From the NCBI GenBank assembly GCA_963850385.1, contig CAWKKS010000001.1, positions 1,774,877-1,838,876 of the forward strand: a stretch of DNA of 64,000 bases. The letters run 5' to 3'. Position 1 is the first letter of the stretch. Every line of letters starts with the position of its first letter. Of the stretch, positions 1 through 10,899 are shown piece by piece. Under the pieces are notes generated by a model. That model was not told where the DNA came from. It searched no databases and saw only the letters and a list, made by a program, of their open reading frames with translations. This stretch comes from Candidatus Dormiibacterota bacterium (lineage in GTDB: Bacteria; Chloroflexota; Dormibacteria; Aeolococcales; Aeolococcaceae). A program made the position numbers and the translations under genes.

Positions 1-2
1 TC

Positions 3-299
<297 letters not shown>

Positions 300-374
300 G
301 GACGGGCCGCATCCGGGGCGGAGGTGCGATCGGCAGGTCGTAGCGTTCTTGCCGTCACGGACGTTGTGCTTGCG

Positions 375-1604
375 ATGCGATCGAGCTCAACGGCACGGGG
401 AGCAACCTTGCGCCGGTCGGCGACCTGCGCGGCCGCCATCCTGACCCTCGCCGGATGCGGCGGCACCGTTCGGGTGACCTCCTCGCCGACCGCCTCGCCG
501 ACGGGGTCGGCGGCGGCGTCCACGCCCTCCCCGGCCGCACCAGCCGGTGCCGGCGGACCTTTCGTGATGGACCTCACCTGGGTCAGTGACCTCACCGGCT
601 GGGCGCTGAGCGCGCTCCACTGCGCAACGGGACTGTGCGTCGAGGTGTCGTCAACCAGCGATGGTGGCCTGACATGGCACGTGGCGTCGACCCCGGCCGT
701 CCGGGTCCAGGACGGGTCCGTCGACTGCGCAACCGTGGCGTGCGTGTCGCACCTGCGCTTCGCCACGACCACGGTCGGCTACCTCTACGGGCCGGCGCTG
801 CTGGTCACCACGGATGGCGGCCGAAGCTGGGCGGCACAGCAGAGCCTCCCCGTCGAGGCGATGGAGCCGACCCACGCCGGTGTCTACCGGGTCGTCTACG
901 ACCACGGTGGGTGCCCGGGACCGTGCACCCGGAGACTCGACGTCGCGCCAGCGGGGTCAGGGAGCTGGCGAACGGTGACCACGATCCCGCACCAGGACGT
1001 TCCGTCCCGACAGGACACGGCGCAGCTGATCACCTCGGGGGATGCGAACGTCTACATCCCCGTCTACGGGGACGTCGCCGCCGGCGCGGGCACCCAGCAG
1101 GCTGTTGTGTTCCGCTCGACGGACAGCGGGCGCACGTGGCGGCGCCTGGACGATCCCTGCGGTGGCCCGGCCGCCTACCCCGACGTGGCGGTGAGCTTTG
1201 CCGCCGCCACGGGACAGTTCATCGCGGCGCTCTGCGTGTCACGGAGTGGCGGCGGCGATGCGGTGGTGACGTCCACCAGTGCGGGCGACACCTGGGGGCC
1301 GCCCCACCCCGTGCCGGGCTCCGGCCTGCAGATCATCGCCGCGGCGAGCGCGACCCATCTCGTGGTGGCCAACGCTTCGACGCGTGGCAGCGGCCCGGTC
1401 ACCTACACGCTGCACGCCTCCACCGACGGAGGCCAGCAGTGGTCGACGCCCGTAACCGATCCCGAGGTCCTCGACCAGGCGGCGCCTGGCAGCGCATTCC
1501 TGGGCTTCGAGGACGCGCTGGTGGGTCGGTGGGTTGGGTACGAGGGCGCCATCTGGACCACACGCGACGGCGGGACGCACTGGCTGCGAACGCCGTTCCA
1601 GTGA
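375..1604 (+). CDS. Secreted lipoprotein with BNR/Asp-box repeats (beta-propeller, Ycf48/sialidase-like)
   Basis: Lipobox LAGC, Ser/Pro/Thr/Ala linker, repeated S/T-x-D-G-G-x-x-W boxes (STSDGGLTW, TTDGGRSW, STDSGRTW, STDGGQQW, TRDGGTHW); start uncertain (324 or 375). Confidence 0.75.
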   Translation: MRSSSTARGATLRRSATCAAAILTLAGCGGTVRVTSSPTASPTGSAAASTPSPAAPAGAGGPFVMDLTWVSDLTGWALSALHCATGLCVEVSSTSDGGLTWHVASTPAVRVQDGSVDCATVACVSHLRFATTTVGYLYGPALLVTTDGGRSWAAQQSLPVEAMEPTHAGVYRVVYDHGGCPGPCTRRLDVAPAGSGSWRTVTTIPHQDVPSRQDTAQLITSGDANVYIPVYGDVAAGAGTQQAVVFRSTDSGRTWRRLDDPCGGPAAYPDVAVSFAAATGQFIAALCVSRSGGGDAVVTSTSAGDTWGPPHPVPGSGLQIIAAASATHLVVANASTRGSGPVTYTLHASTDGGQQWSTPVTDPEVLDQAAPGSAFLGFEDALVGRWVGYEGAIWTTRDGGTHWLRTPFQ

Positions 1605-1741
1605 GCGCGCGCGCCGGCGTCCGGTGCACCGTCGCCGGTTGACTTCCCCGCCGCTGGAAGCGCAGCGTACGACGCGGCCACGGGTCCGACCGGGAGGCTG
1701 TCACCTCCTTTGGCGTCGGACACCGTCACGGGAGGACGCAG

Positions 1742-2029
1742 ATGTACGGCTCGGTGTCACGCTGGCGCGTCGCGGAAGGCAAGCAGGAGGAGTTCGAGCG
1801 CCTCAGCAGGGAGTTGATGCAGGAGCGTCCCCCGGGCTCGCGTTCGGTCATGGTGTACAGGTCCGATGCCGACTCGACCGAGTACTGGGTTGTCGGCGCC
1901 TTCGAGAGCCGCGACGCCTACGCGAACAACAGCGCGACGCCCGAACAGAACGACCGTTTCACGCAGCTGCGAGCGCTCATGCAGTCCGACCCGGAGTGGC
2001 ATGACGGCGAGGTGGTGATCTCGGTCTGA
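1742..2029 (+). CDS. Antibiotic biosynthesis monooxygenase-like (dimeric alpha-beta barrel) protein
   Basis: 95 aa, GGAGG SD upstream, ABM-like pattern (V.EGKQEEF...PEW.DGEV). Confidence 0.65.
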   Translation: MYGSVSRWRVAEGKQEEFERLSRELMQERPPGSRSVMVYRSDADSTEYWVVGAFESRDAYANNSATPEQNDRFTQLRALMQSDPEWHDGEVVISV

Positions 2030-2050
2030 CCGAGCGCCTTGTCCGCCCGG

Positions 2051-2857
2051 TCAGCGCTCCTGGGCGATGGAGTGGCCGCCGTCCACCACCAGCGTCTGCC
2101 CGGTGATGTACGAGGCTCCCGGCGTGCACAGGAAGGCGATGGCCGCAGCCACCTCGTCCGGGGTGGCGCTGCGCCCCACGGGGGTCAGCTCGCCCTGTTG
2201 AGCCTCGGCGGCGGTCTGGCTCGCCGTCCCCACCCATCCCGGCGCGACAGCGTTGACGGTGACACCTGCCGAGGCGCTGTCGAGGGCCACGGCGCGCGCC
2301 AGCCCGACCATCGCCGCCTTGGCGGTGGCGTACGCCGTCTCAGCTCGCATCGCGGTGACCGGCCCGGTGATCGACGACACCATCACGATCCGCCCCCACC
2401 CCGCGGCGAGCATCGCGGGCAGCAGCGCGCGCGTCGACAAGTAGGCAGTGTCGAGGTTGCGCGCCATCGAGCGCCGCCACTGCCCCGGCGACAGGTCCCC
2501 CAGCGTCCCCGACTCCGCACCAACGCCGCCGGGGGGCGCGGGTGCGGCGGTGCTGGTCATGCCGGCGTTGTTGACGAGGATCGACGGCGCTCCGAGCGCA
2601 GCTACGACATCGGTGACCATGCGCTCCACCTGCGCCTCGTCGGTGAGGTCGGCGACCACGCCCATGGCGCTGCCGCCCAGCGCGGTCAGCTCGGCAGCAC
2701 GTTGATGCGCGCGGTCGGTAGTGGCGGTGAGCGCCACTGCGGCGCCCAGCCCGCTGAGCAGCCGTGCCGTCGCGAAGCCGATCCCCTGCGGCGAGCCCGC
2801 GCCGGTCACCACGGCGACGCGCCCAGTCAGCGAGAACGCACTCGGCAGCTCGCTCAC
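2051..2857 (-). CDS. SDR family oxidoreductase (FabG-like)
   Basis: [19 protein letters not shown] catalytic motif, [11 protein letters not shown]; GTGA overlap with upstream aminotransferase. Confidence 0.9.
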   Translation of the reverse strand: MSELPSAFSLTGRVAVVTGAGSPQGIGFATARLLSGLGAAVALTATTDRAHQRAAELTALGGSAMGVVADLTDEAQVERMVTDVVAALGAPSILVNNAGMTSTAAPAPPGGVGAESGTLGDLSPGQWRRSMARNLDTAYLSTRALLPAMLAAGWGRIVMVSSITGPVTAMRAETAYATAKAAMVGLARAVALDSASAGVTVNAVAPGWVGTASQTAAEAQQGELTPVGRSATPDEVAAAIAFLCTPGASYITGQTLVVDGGHSIAQER

Positions 2858-4260
2858 CGGCCCTGCGCTCCCAGCAACTCGTCAACGGCGGCGCCGAACA
2901 ACCGCGTGTGCAGCTGCACATCGTCCTCGCTGGTCACCGGGCACATCAGCGCCATGTTGTGGAACGGCGTGATCAGCACGCCCCGGTTGACCATGTAGAG
3001 GTGCAGGTACTCGTCGAGGTCGTCGTCGCCGGCGGCGGCCGACGCGGTGCCAGTGCGGGGCGCGGGCGAGGTGAACCGGTACTCTGCGCGCGCCCCGAGG
3101 CAGCTAACCGACCAGGCCACGCCGGTGCGGTCGATCGTCGCCTGCACGCCGCGCGCAAACATCGTGCCGAGCTCGGTCATGTGCGTGAAGGCCTCGGCGG
3201 TCAACACCTGCTCGAGGGTGGCGCGCATGGCCGCCACTGACAGGGCATTCCCGGCCAGCGTCCCGCCCACCCCGCCGACGTCGACGAGGTCGGCCTCGCG
3301 ATGGCCCGCGATCATCCCCGCCACCACCGTGGTGATGCCATACGCACCGCTGGGGATGCCGCCGCCGATGCTCTTGCCGATCACCAGGATGTCGGGCTGC
3401 AGGCCCCAGAGGCCGGTCGCGCCGCCGGGTCCCGCCGAGAAGGTGTGCGTCTCATCGATCACCAGCAGCGCGCCGTGCGCGGTCGCGAGGCGGCGCAGGC
3501 TCTCGAGGAAGCCTGGCTCGGGCAGCACGATCCCGATGTTGGTGAGCGCCGGCTCGGCGAGGATCGCGGCGACGTCGCCGTGGGCCAGCGCCGCCTCCAC
3601 GCCCGCGAGGTCGTTGAACTCGGCGACACGGGTTGTCGCGTCCAGCGGCACTGGGGCACCGACGTTGCCGGCGCGTGCCACCGCGGCGCCGTCCGGTCCG
3701 GGCACCGCGAAAGCCTCGTCGACGGAGCCGTGGTAGCAGTACGCGAACACCAGCACCTTGGGCCTGCCGGTGGCCAGGCGCGCGAGTCGGAGCGCCCAGC
3801 GATTGGCGTCGGTGGCGGTCAGCGTGAACGACCACAGCGGCAGCCCGAACCTGCGACTGAGCTCCGCGCCCACCCACTCGGCATCGGCGGTCGGCAGCAT
3901 GGTGGTTGCGCCGCCCTGGCGGTCGAGGCGCTCGGCGACGGCGTCGAGCACCGGCCCGGGGTTGTGTCCGGCCATCGCCCCGGTGTCGCCAAGCGCGAAG
4001 TCCACGTACTCGCGCCCGTCGACGTCGAGGATGCGGTTGCCTCCCGCCCGCTGCAGGTAGAGGGGGAAGCCACCGCTCCATTTGGCCATCCAGGTCATCG
4101 GCACGCGGCCGAAGAGGTGGTCAGCGGCCGCGAACAGCTCGGCCGAGCGGGGGTGCGTGGTCGCGTACTGTTCGCGTTCGCGCGCGACCAGGGAGGCGAG
4201 GCGGGCGCGATCGATCCCAGGCACCGGCCGACTGTGCCGGATTGGACCGGCTGACGTCAC
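2854..4260 (-). CDS. Class III PLP aminotransferase (glutamate-1-semialdehyde aminomutase-like)
   Basis: [30 protein letters not shown] (PLP Lys), GGTLAGN. Confidence 0.85.
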   Translation of the reverse strand: MTSAGPIRHSRPVPGIDRARLASLVAREREQYATTHPRSAELFAAADHLFGRVPMTWMAKWSGGFPLYLQRAGGNRILDVDGREYVDFALGDTGAMAGHNPGPVLDAVAERLDRQGGATTMLPTADAEWVGAELSRRFGLPLWSFTLTATDANRWALRLARLATGRPKVLVFAYCYHGSVDEAFAVPGPDGAAVARAGNVGAPVPLDATTRVAEFNDLAGVEAALAHGDVAAILAEPALTNIGIVLPEPGFLESLRRLATAHGALLVIDETHTFSAGPGGATGLWGLQPDILVIGKSIGGGIPSGAYGITTVVAGMIAGHREADLVDVGGVGGTLAGNALSVAAMRATLEQVLTAEAFTHMTELGTMFARGVQATIDRTGVAWSVSCLGARAEYRFTSPAPRTGTASAAAGDDDLDEYLHLYMVNRGVLITPFHNMALMCPVTSEDDVQLHTRLFGAAVDELLGAQGR

Positions 4261-4338
4261 GCCGTGAGGTTGACCCGGATCGAGGCCAGGACACGGTCCC
4301 CCGCCGCCAGCAGGACCGCGATCGCCCTGGTCCGTGCC

Positions 4339-5868
4339 CTACAGCAACCCGCCGGTCTCATCGATGTTCTCGAGCAGGTCCTTCACCTGCTTGACGAAGC
4401 GCGTCGCCTGGAGGCCGTCGTTGATGCGGTGGTCGAAGCTCAGCCCGATGTTCATGATCGGGCGGATCGCGATGGCGTCGTTGACCACCACGGCGCGCTT
4501 GATCACCGCGTCCATGGCGAGGATTCCCGCCTGTGGCTGGTTGATGATCGCCTGGGTCAACACCGTCCCGAGGGCGCCGGTGTTGTTGAGCGTGAAGGTT
4601 CCACCTTGAATCTCGTCGAGCTTCAGCTTGTTGGCGCGCGCGCGGTCACCCAGGTCCTGCATCGTTGCCGCCAGGCCGGCGATGCTGAGCCGGTCGGCGT
4701 TGCGCACCACCGGCACGATGAGGCTCTCCTCGAGGGCCACCGCGATGCCGAGGTTGAGCTCGCGGCGCAGGATGACCCCCTCATCGCTCCACGAGGCGTT
4801 CATCGTGGGGTAGTGGCGCAGCGCGTCGCAGACGGCCCGGGCCACGAAGGGCAGGTAGGTCAGCTTGACGCCGTACCGCTTCTCGAACTCGGCGCGGCGT
4901 GACGTGCGCAGCTTGGCCACGCGCGTCATGTCGACCTCCATGGTCAGCCAGGCGTGTGGCGAGGTATGACGGCTGCGGACCATGTGCTCGGCGATGGCGC
5001 GCCGCGTCGGTGTCAGCGGGATCAGCTCATCGCCGTCACCGCGCTGCGGCTGCTGCGCTGCCACCGGCTGGGTCTGCGGCGCGGCGGCCGGCTGTGGCTG
5101 TTGCTGTGGCGCTGGCTGGGCCGGGGCAGCCTGCTGTTGTGCCGCGGCGGGCGCGGCCGTCTGCGGCTGTGCCGGTCGCGACTCACCACCGCCGGCATCA
5201 CGACTCTGCACGTAGTCGAGCACGTCCTTCTTGGAGATGCGTCCCTCGAGCCCGGTGCCCTGCACCTGGGAGAGGTCGACCTCGTGCTCGCGCACCAGCA
5301 TCCGCACCGCGGGCGTGAGGTGGTACACGGTCGACGCCGCACCGTTGCCGTTGCCGTTGCCGTTGCTGCCGTTGCCACCAGCGGGGACCGGCGCCGGGGC
5401 CGGTTGCGCAGTGGCCGGTGCAGCCTGAGCCGCCGGCGCGGGCTGCGCGGCAGCGGCCACCGGCTGTGGCTGGCGCTGCGGCTCCTCCTGCTGCTGCACC
5501 CCCGGCTGACCCGCCTGCTCGGCGACCGGTTGCGCCGGCGTTGCTGCCGCCTGCTCGGCGACGCTCACCCCGCCTTCCTGCGGGGCGCCGGCATCGCCCT
5601 GGTGCCACGCCGAGTTGGCCTGGCCCTGCTCGACGGTCTCGATGGTGCAGATCGGCTGCCCCACCGCGATCACGTCGCCCTCCTTGGCGATGTGCTCACC
5701 CATGCTGCCCTCGGCGGGCGAGGGGATCTCGGCGTTCACCTTGTCGGTGACCACCTCGGCGATGGACTCGTACTTGGCGACCAGCTCGCCGGGTTGCTTG
5801 AGCCAGCGCGCGATGGTGCCCTCGGTGACGCTCTCGCCCAGCTGCGGCATGTTGACTGTCATGGCCAT
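4339..5868 (-). CDS. 2-oxoacid dehydrogenase E2, dihydrolipoamide acyltransferase (branched-chain type likely)
   Basis: Lipoyl domain VTDKVNAEIPSP, E3-binding domain TPAVR..GTGLEGRI, catalytic DHRINDG. Confidence 0.93.
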   Translation of the reverse strand: MAMTVNMPQLGESVTEGTIARWLKQPGELVAKYESIAEVVTDKVNAEIPSPAEGSMGEHIAKEGDVIAVGQPICTIETVEQGQANSAWHQGDAGAPQEGGVSVAEQAAATPAQPVAEQAGQPGVQQQEEPQRQPQPVAAAAQPAPAAQAAPATAQPAPAPVPAGGNGSNGNGNGNGAASTVYHLTPAVRMLVREHEVDLSQVQGTGLEGRISKKDVLDYVQSRDAGGGESRPAQPQTAAPAAAQQQAAPAQPAPQQQPQPAAAPQTQPVAAQQPQRGDGDELIPLTPTRRAIAEHMVRSRHTSPHAWLTMEVDMTRVAKLRTSRRAEFEKRYGVKLTYLPFVARAVCDALRHYPTMNASWSDEGVILRRELNLGIAVALEESLIVPVVRNADRLSIAGLAATMQDLGDRARANKLKLDEIQGGTFTLNNTGALGTVLTQAIINQPQAGILAMDAVIKRAVVVNDAIAIRPIMNIGLSFDHRINDGLQATRFVKQVKDLLENIDETGGLL

Positions 5869-5880
5869 GGTGTGATGCCC

Positions 5881-6867
5881 TCAGTATGCGGCCAGCTTGC
5901 GCAAAGCAGCCTCCAGCTTGTCCGGTGTGACCAGGTAGAACTCCTCGAGCGCGTGCGCGAAGGGCATCGCCGGGATCTCGGGGCCGCCGATGCGCATCAC
6001 CGGTGCGTCGAGGTACTCGAAGCATTCCTCGGCGACGATCGCGGACACCTCGGACGAGATGCTCACCGCGAGGTTGGGCTCCTGCGCCACCATCACCTTG
6101 CCGCACTTGCGCGCGGTGGCGACGATGGTGGCGCGGTCGAGCGGGCGCAGGCTGCGGAGGTCGACGACCTGGCACGAGAAGCCGTCGGCGGCGAGGCGCT
6201 CGGCAGCTTCGAGCGCGGTGTGCACCATGATCCCGTACGTGAAGATGGCGATGTCGTCACCCTCGCGCACCACCGAGGCGGTGCCGATCGGCACGGTGTA
6301 CTCCTCGTCCGGCACCTCGCCCTTCACCGAGCGATAGGCCCGCTTGTGCTCGAAGAACAGCACAGGGTCGGGGTCGCGCAGGGCGCTGACCAGCATCCCC
6401 TTGGCGTCGTACGGCGTGCTCGGCACCACCACCTTCAGCCCGGGCACGCCGCAGAACATCGCCTCGATGGACTGCGAGTGGTACAGCGCGCCGTGAACGC
6501 CGCCGCCGAAGGGCGCACGCAGCACCAGCGGCACACTCCAGGCGTTGTTGCTCCGGTAGCGCATCTTGGCGGCCTCGCTGACGATCTGATCGACCGCCGG
6601 CATGATGAAGTCCTGGAACTGGATCTCGGCGATCGGGCGCAGCCCGTACAGAGCCGCGCCGATGCACACGCCCACGATGAGCGACTCGGCCAGCGGCGAG
6701 TCCATGACGCGCCACTCCCCGAACTCCTTCTGCAGACCATCGGTGGTCCCGAACACCCCACCCTTGGCGCCGACGTCCTCGCCGAGGATCATCACCCGCT
6801 CATCGCGGCGCATCTCGTCGCGCATCCCCTCGCGGATCGCCTCAAGGTAGGTCTTGGTCGGCATCAC
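5881..6867 (-). CDS. 2-oxoacid dehydrogenase E1 beta subunit
   Basis: GEDVG.KGGVF, DSPLAES, EIQFQDFI, GGGVHGALYHSQS. Confidence 0.93.
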   Translation of the reverse strand: MMPTKTYLEAIREGMRDEMRRDERVMILGEDVGAKGGVFGTTDGLQKEFGEWRVMDSPLAESLIVGVCIGAALYGLRPIAEIQFQDFIMPAVDQIVSEAAKMRYRSNNAWSVPLVLRAPFGGGVHGALYHSQSIEAMFCGVPGLKVVVPSTPYDAKGMLVSALRDPDPVLFFEHKRAYRSVKGEVPDEEYTVPIGTASVVREGDDIAIFTYGIMVHTALEAAERLAADGFSCQVVDLRSLRPLDRATIVATARKCGKVMVAQEPNLAVSISSEVSAIVAEECFEYLDAPVMRIGGPEIPAMPFAHALEEFYLVTPDKLEAALRKLAAY

Positions 6868-7892
6868 GCATCCTCCGCGTACACGTGGAGGAGGGCGGTG
6901 TCCGCGGTGGGGTCGGCGGCCTGCTCCGCGTAGCGCGTCGCCTCGTCGAGCTCGGCCACCAGCTCGACTCGCAGCGCGTCGGCGTCGCCGGGCGCGAGCA
7001 CGCCGAGGTCCTCGAGCATGGCGCGGAAGTGGGGCAGGCAGTCCTGACGGCGCTCCGCCTCGAGGTCCTCAGCGCTGCGGTAGCGACGCTGGTCGTCATC
7101 CGAGCTGTGCGAGGTGAGCCGGTGCACCTTGGCCTCGAGCAGCGTCGGTCCCCCGCCGGCACGGGCGCGCTGCACGGCGTCACGGGCCACGCGGTAGCAG
7201 GCGATGGCGTCGTTGCCATCGACGCTGACGCCGGGGATGCCGTACGCCAGCGCACGGTCGGAGACGTTGGGCGTGGCCATCTGCTTCTCAACCGGCACGC
7301 TGATGGCGTAGCCGTTGTTCTCCACCACGAACACCACCGCCAGCTTGTGGGTGGCCGCGAAGTTGAGCGCCTCGTGGAAATCGCCGCCGCTGGTGCTGCC
7401 CTCGCCGATGGCCGTGACGCAGACGGCGTCCTCGCCGCGCATGCGCATCGCCAGCGCGATCCCGGTGGCGTGCAGCAGCTGCGTGGTCACCGGTGAGCCG
7501 GTGCTGATGATGTTGTGCTTGCGCGAGCCGTAGTGGGCGGGCATCTGGCGGCCGCCGCTGTTGGGGTCCTCGGCCTTGGCCAGGATGGAGAGCAGGTGAT
7601 CACGCGGCGTCATGCCGAGCACCAGGGTCAGCGCCAGGTCGCGGTAGTAGGGGGCCAGCCAGTCCTTGCCGGGCTCCATGTTCATGCCCACCGCCACCTG
7701 GATCGCCTCGTGGCCCATGGCGCTGATCCAGAACGGCGCCACCCCCTGGCGGTTGAGCACCCACATGCGCTCGTCGAGCACGCGGCTGCGCAGCATGTGC
7801 CGGTACATGGTGCGCAGCGTTGCCGCGTCGAGGTTCTCCCTGTTGACAGGGTCTGTTCTCGCCAAAGCCACGTCTGTCTGCTCCTCGTTCAC
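6864..7892 (-). CDS. 2-oxoacid dehydrogenase E1 alpha subunit (TPP-dependent)
   Basis: SGGRQMPAH, GEGSTS..FHEALNFA, ENNGYAIS, HSSDDD. Confidence 0.93.
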   Translation of the reverse strand: MNEEQTDVALARTDPVNRENLDAATLRTMYRHMLRSRVLDERMWVLNRQGVAPFWISAMGHEAIQVAVGMNMEPGKDWLAPYYRDLALTLVLGMTPRDHLLSILAKAEDPNSGGRQMPAHYGSRKHNIISTGSPVTTQLLHATGIALAMRMRGEDAVCVTAIGEGSTSGGDFHEALNFAATHKLAVVFVVENNGYAISVPVEKQMATPNVSDRALAYGIPGVSVDGNDAIACYRVARDAVQRARAGGGPTLLEAKVHRLTSHSSDDDQRRYRSAEDLEAERRQDCLPHFRAMLEDLGVLAPGDADALRVELVAELDEATRYAEQAADPTADTALLHVYAEDA

Positions 7893-9292
7893 ATGTGCAG
7901 CGCTTCACCCGACACCGCCAGCGCGGCCTCGGCGAGCGCCTCGCTGAGCGTGGGGTGCGGGGCCACCGCTCGCGACATCTCGAACGGGGTGGTCTCGAGC
8001 AGCGCGCCGAGCGCCGGCCCGTAGATGAGCTCAGTGACCTCGTGGCCGATGATGTGCACACCGAGCACGCTGTTGGTGGCGCTGTCGGCGACGACCTTGG
8101 TGAAGCCGCCGGTCTCGCCCCACACCACCGCTCGAGCGTTGCCCCGGAAGGGGAAGACGCCGACGCTGACGTCGTGGCCGGCGTCACGCGCCTCGGCCTC
8201 GCTGAGCCCCAGCGACGCGATCTGCGGCGTGCAGTAGGTGGTGCGGGTGACCAGCCGGGGTTCAAGCGGGTGCGGATGGCGGCCGGCGATCGCCTCGACG
8301 GCGATGACGCCCTCGTGCATCGCCTTGTGGGCCAGCTGGAACCCGCCGGCGCAGTCGCCGATGGCGCTGATGCCCGGGGTGCTGGTGCGCTGCTCCCCGT
8401 CAACGGTCACCGCGCCGCGGTTCACGCTCACGCCCGCCTGCTCGAGCCCGATGTCCTCGACGTTGCCCGCCCTCCCGACGGCGACCAGCAGGACGGTGGC
8501 CTGGAGGCGCTGCTCGCCGAACTCGCCGTGCACGGTGACGGCGACACCGCCCTCGTTGCGCTCCACGCTCGCCGTGTCGAGGGTCGTCCCCACCAGGCAG
8601 CGGATGCCGCGCGCCGCGAACTGTTTGTGCAGCTCGCGCCCGATCGCCTCGTCCTCGAGCGGCACCAGCCGCGGAGCCATCTCGACCAGCGTCACCTCGC
8701 TGCCGGCACTGCGCCAGAACGAGGCGAACTCCACGCCCACCGCCCCCGCGCCGAGCACGATCGCGCTCGGCGGCACGCTGTCGAGGAAGAGGGCGTCGTC
8801 GCTGCTGAGCAGCTGCCGGCCGTCGGTCGGCAGGTCGGGCAACTGACGCACCCGTGAGCCCGTGGCCACGATGACGTGGGCGGCCTCGAGCTCCACCTGG
8901 TCGGCTCCCACATCCGATGTCACCACCACCCGCCCCGAGCCCTCGACACGCCCGCGCCCCTGCACCACGGTGGCCTTGGCCTTGCGCAACAGGCCCTCCA
9001 CACCCCGGTAGAGCGTGCTCACCACCTCGTCGCGGCGTACCGCGGCCACGCCGTAGTCGAAGCTGACGTCGTTGGCCGTCACACCGAAGCGTCTGCCATC
9101 GCGGAGCTGGTCGAGCAGCGCGGTGCTCTGCAGCAGCGCCTTGGTGGGGATGCAACCCCGATGCAGGCACGTGCCCCCCACCTTCTCGGCCTCGACCACG
9201 GCGCTGCGCATCCCCAGCTGCCCGGCACGGATGGCTGCGACGTACCCCCCTGAGCCGCCGCCCAGCATGACCACGTCGAAGCGCTCTGGCAC
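7889..9292 (-). CDS. lpdA: Dihydrolipoyl dehydrogenase (E3)
   Basis: GGGSGG FAD site, redox CLHRGC, GAGAVG NAD site, HPTLSE. Confidence 0.95.
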   Translation of the reverse strand: MPERFDVVMLGGGSGGYVAAIRAGQLGMRSAVVEAEKVGGTCLHRGCIPTKALLQSTALLDQLRDGRRFGVTANDVSFDYGVAAVRRDEVVSTLYRGVEGLLRKAKATVVQGRGRVEGSGRVVVTSDVGADQVELEAAHVIVATGSRVRQLPDLPTDGRQLLSSDDALFLDSVPPSAIVLGAGAVGVEFASFWRSAGSEVTLVEMAPRLVPLEDEAIGRELHKQFAARGIRCLVGTTLDTASVERNEGGVAVTVHGEFGEQRLQATVLLVAVGRAGNVEDIGLEQAGVSVNRGAVTVDGEQRTSTPGISAIGDCAGGFQLAHKAMHEGVIAVEAIAGRHPHPLEPRLVTRTTYCTPQIASLGLSEAEARDAGHDVSVGVFPFRGNARAVVWGETGGFTKVVADSATNSVLGVHIIGHEVTELIYGPALGALLETTPFEMSRAVAPHPTLSEALAEAALAVSGEALHM

Positions 9293-9369
9293 GGGCCCGA
9301 GTATAGGTCTGCCCAGCGCACCCCGACCCCGCGGTGGGAACTCTCAGGGGCGTCGGAGGGATGCGCCGG

Positions 9370-9491
9370 CTACCGCCCGCGGAGGACGAAGCTGCCCGCG
9401 ATCTTGTCGTGCCAGCCCTGCCTGCGCGGGTCGAACCCGGCCCAGATCAGCCCCAGGTACACCCAGAGCGCGGGCGCGCGTATGGCTGCAG
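9370..9491 (-). pseudogene. RDD family gene remnant (internal deletion)
   Basis: Only the C-terminal LWVYLGLIWAGFDPRRQGWHDKIAGSFV is present, preceded by AGGAGG-7nt-CTG CAG CCA TAC GCG (QPYA) in another frame. Confidence 0.6.
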
Positions 9492-9509
9492 CGCGGCGCC
9501 TCCTGCCCG

Positions 9510-10899
9510 CTACCCGCCGACGGCTGAGAACGCAGCCTGCAACTGCGCGTCGCCGCCCGCGGGCCCCGACTGCGCGGCAAGCACGAAGCGCGCGTCCGGG
9601 GCGGCGAGGGGGACCGGTCGGTCCGGCGTGATCCCGCTGCCCTCGATGCTCTCGCCGTTGGGGCCGTACCACCGCTCCACGGTGAGGTGGAGGTCGGCGC
9701 CGCCGGGCAGAGGGAAGTCCACCTGCACCGAGCCCTTGCCGAACGTCCTGTCCCCCACCACGGTGGCGCGGTGATAGTCGCGCAGCGCCGCCGCTGTGAT
9801 CTCTGCCGCGCTGGCGGAATCGCCGTCGACCAGTACCGCCATCGGCTGCGTGAGCGCCACTCCCCCGGGTTGGAGGGCATCCTGTGACACCTCCTGCGCG
9901 CTGCCAACGCTCCCGTTGGCGGTGAGGCGGCCGCGCCGCACCACCACGTACCGGTGCGCTGCCGTGGGTGTGACGAACTCGCTGACCAGCGACTGCGCCG
10001 CGCTGACGTACCCGCCGCCGTTCTGGCGGAGGTCGAGCACGATCGCGGTGGCGCCGCCGGCGATGCCCTGCTGCAGCTGGGTGCGGGCGACCGACCCGGT
10101 GTCGGTGTCGAAGCCGGTCACCTGCATGTACAGGACGTGCCCGATCAACCGTGAGTACACCGAGGGGATCTGCAGGTTGCCACGGGTGACGGTGATGGTG
10201 AGCTGCGTCGCACCTCGCGCCACGGTCAGGGACACGGTGCTGCCGACCGGGCCGCGGACCAGCGGGGCGGCCTTGTCGATGCGCGCGTTCTCATCGCCGG
10301 CGAGCGACGCGACGCGCGGTGCCGTTCACCGCGACAAGCTCGTCGCCGCGGCGGACGCCGGCGCGGTCGGCCGGCTGGTTGATGAGCACGTCCTCGATGA
10401 CGGCGCGGTCGGGCGCCTGGTTCGACGAGCACAGGACGCCGCCGGCACACCGTGGTTCAACGGCGATACCGATGCTGCCATCGCGCCGTCCGCCGAGGGT
10501 GGAGTTCAGCTCCTGGTATTGCGCCGCCGAGAGAAAGGCCGAGAAGCGGTCGTTGTACTTGTCGTGGAGGACCTGGACCATCCCCTGGCCGGCCCCCTGC
10601 GTGCCGTCTGAGGCCGGCAGGTCACGGATCACGTAGTTCTGCTGGATCGCCTGCCACTCCGCCGCGATGCTCGACTGGTCGAGCGGCGAACCACCGAGGT
10701 GCGGAAAGATGCGATTGATCAACCCGGCGTACGACGACGTCGCGAGGTTGGTGGCGAGCAGCGCGCTCAGGTAGCAGGCGGCGACGAGACCGGCACCGCG
10801 CAGCATGCGCGCCCCGGGACGCGGAATGCGGCGCCGCCGGCGCGGCGAGCACTCGACCGATCCTCCCGCTTCCTCCGCTACGCCCGGGGGACCGGTCAC
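9510..10899 (-). CDS. S41 carboxyl-terminal processing protease with PDZ domain; one extra base near 10315 splits the ORF
   Basis: N-part (TM, DRFSAFL, PDZ PADRAGVRRGD) joins C-part (LDLRQNGGG, SASAAE, TFGKGSVQ) after removing one base: VNGT.VASLAGDENARIDKAAPLVRGPVGSTV. Confidence 0.85.

Noticed and set aside
5341-5380. (CCGTTG)n hexamer repeat
   Set aside because: Encodes the GNGNGNG part of the E2 linker; in frame, not a phase-variation or CRISPR signal
9510-10899. S41 protease, sat and other split genes as true pseudogenes
   Set aside because: Each has a single indel, intact catalytic motifs and no other decay, so sequencing error is more likely; unresolved without reads
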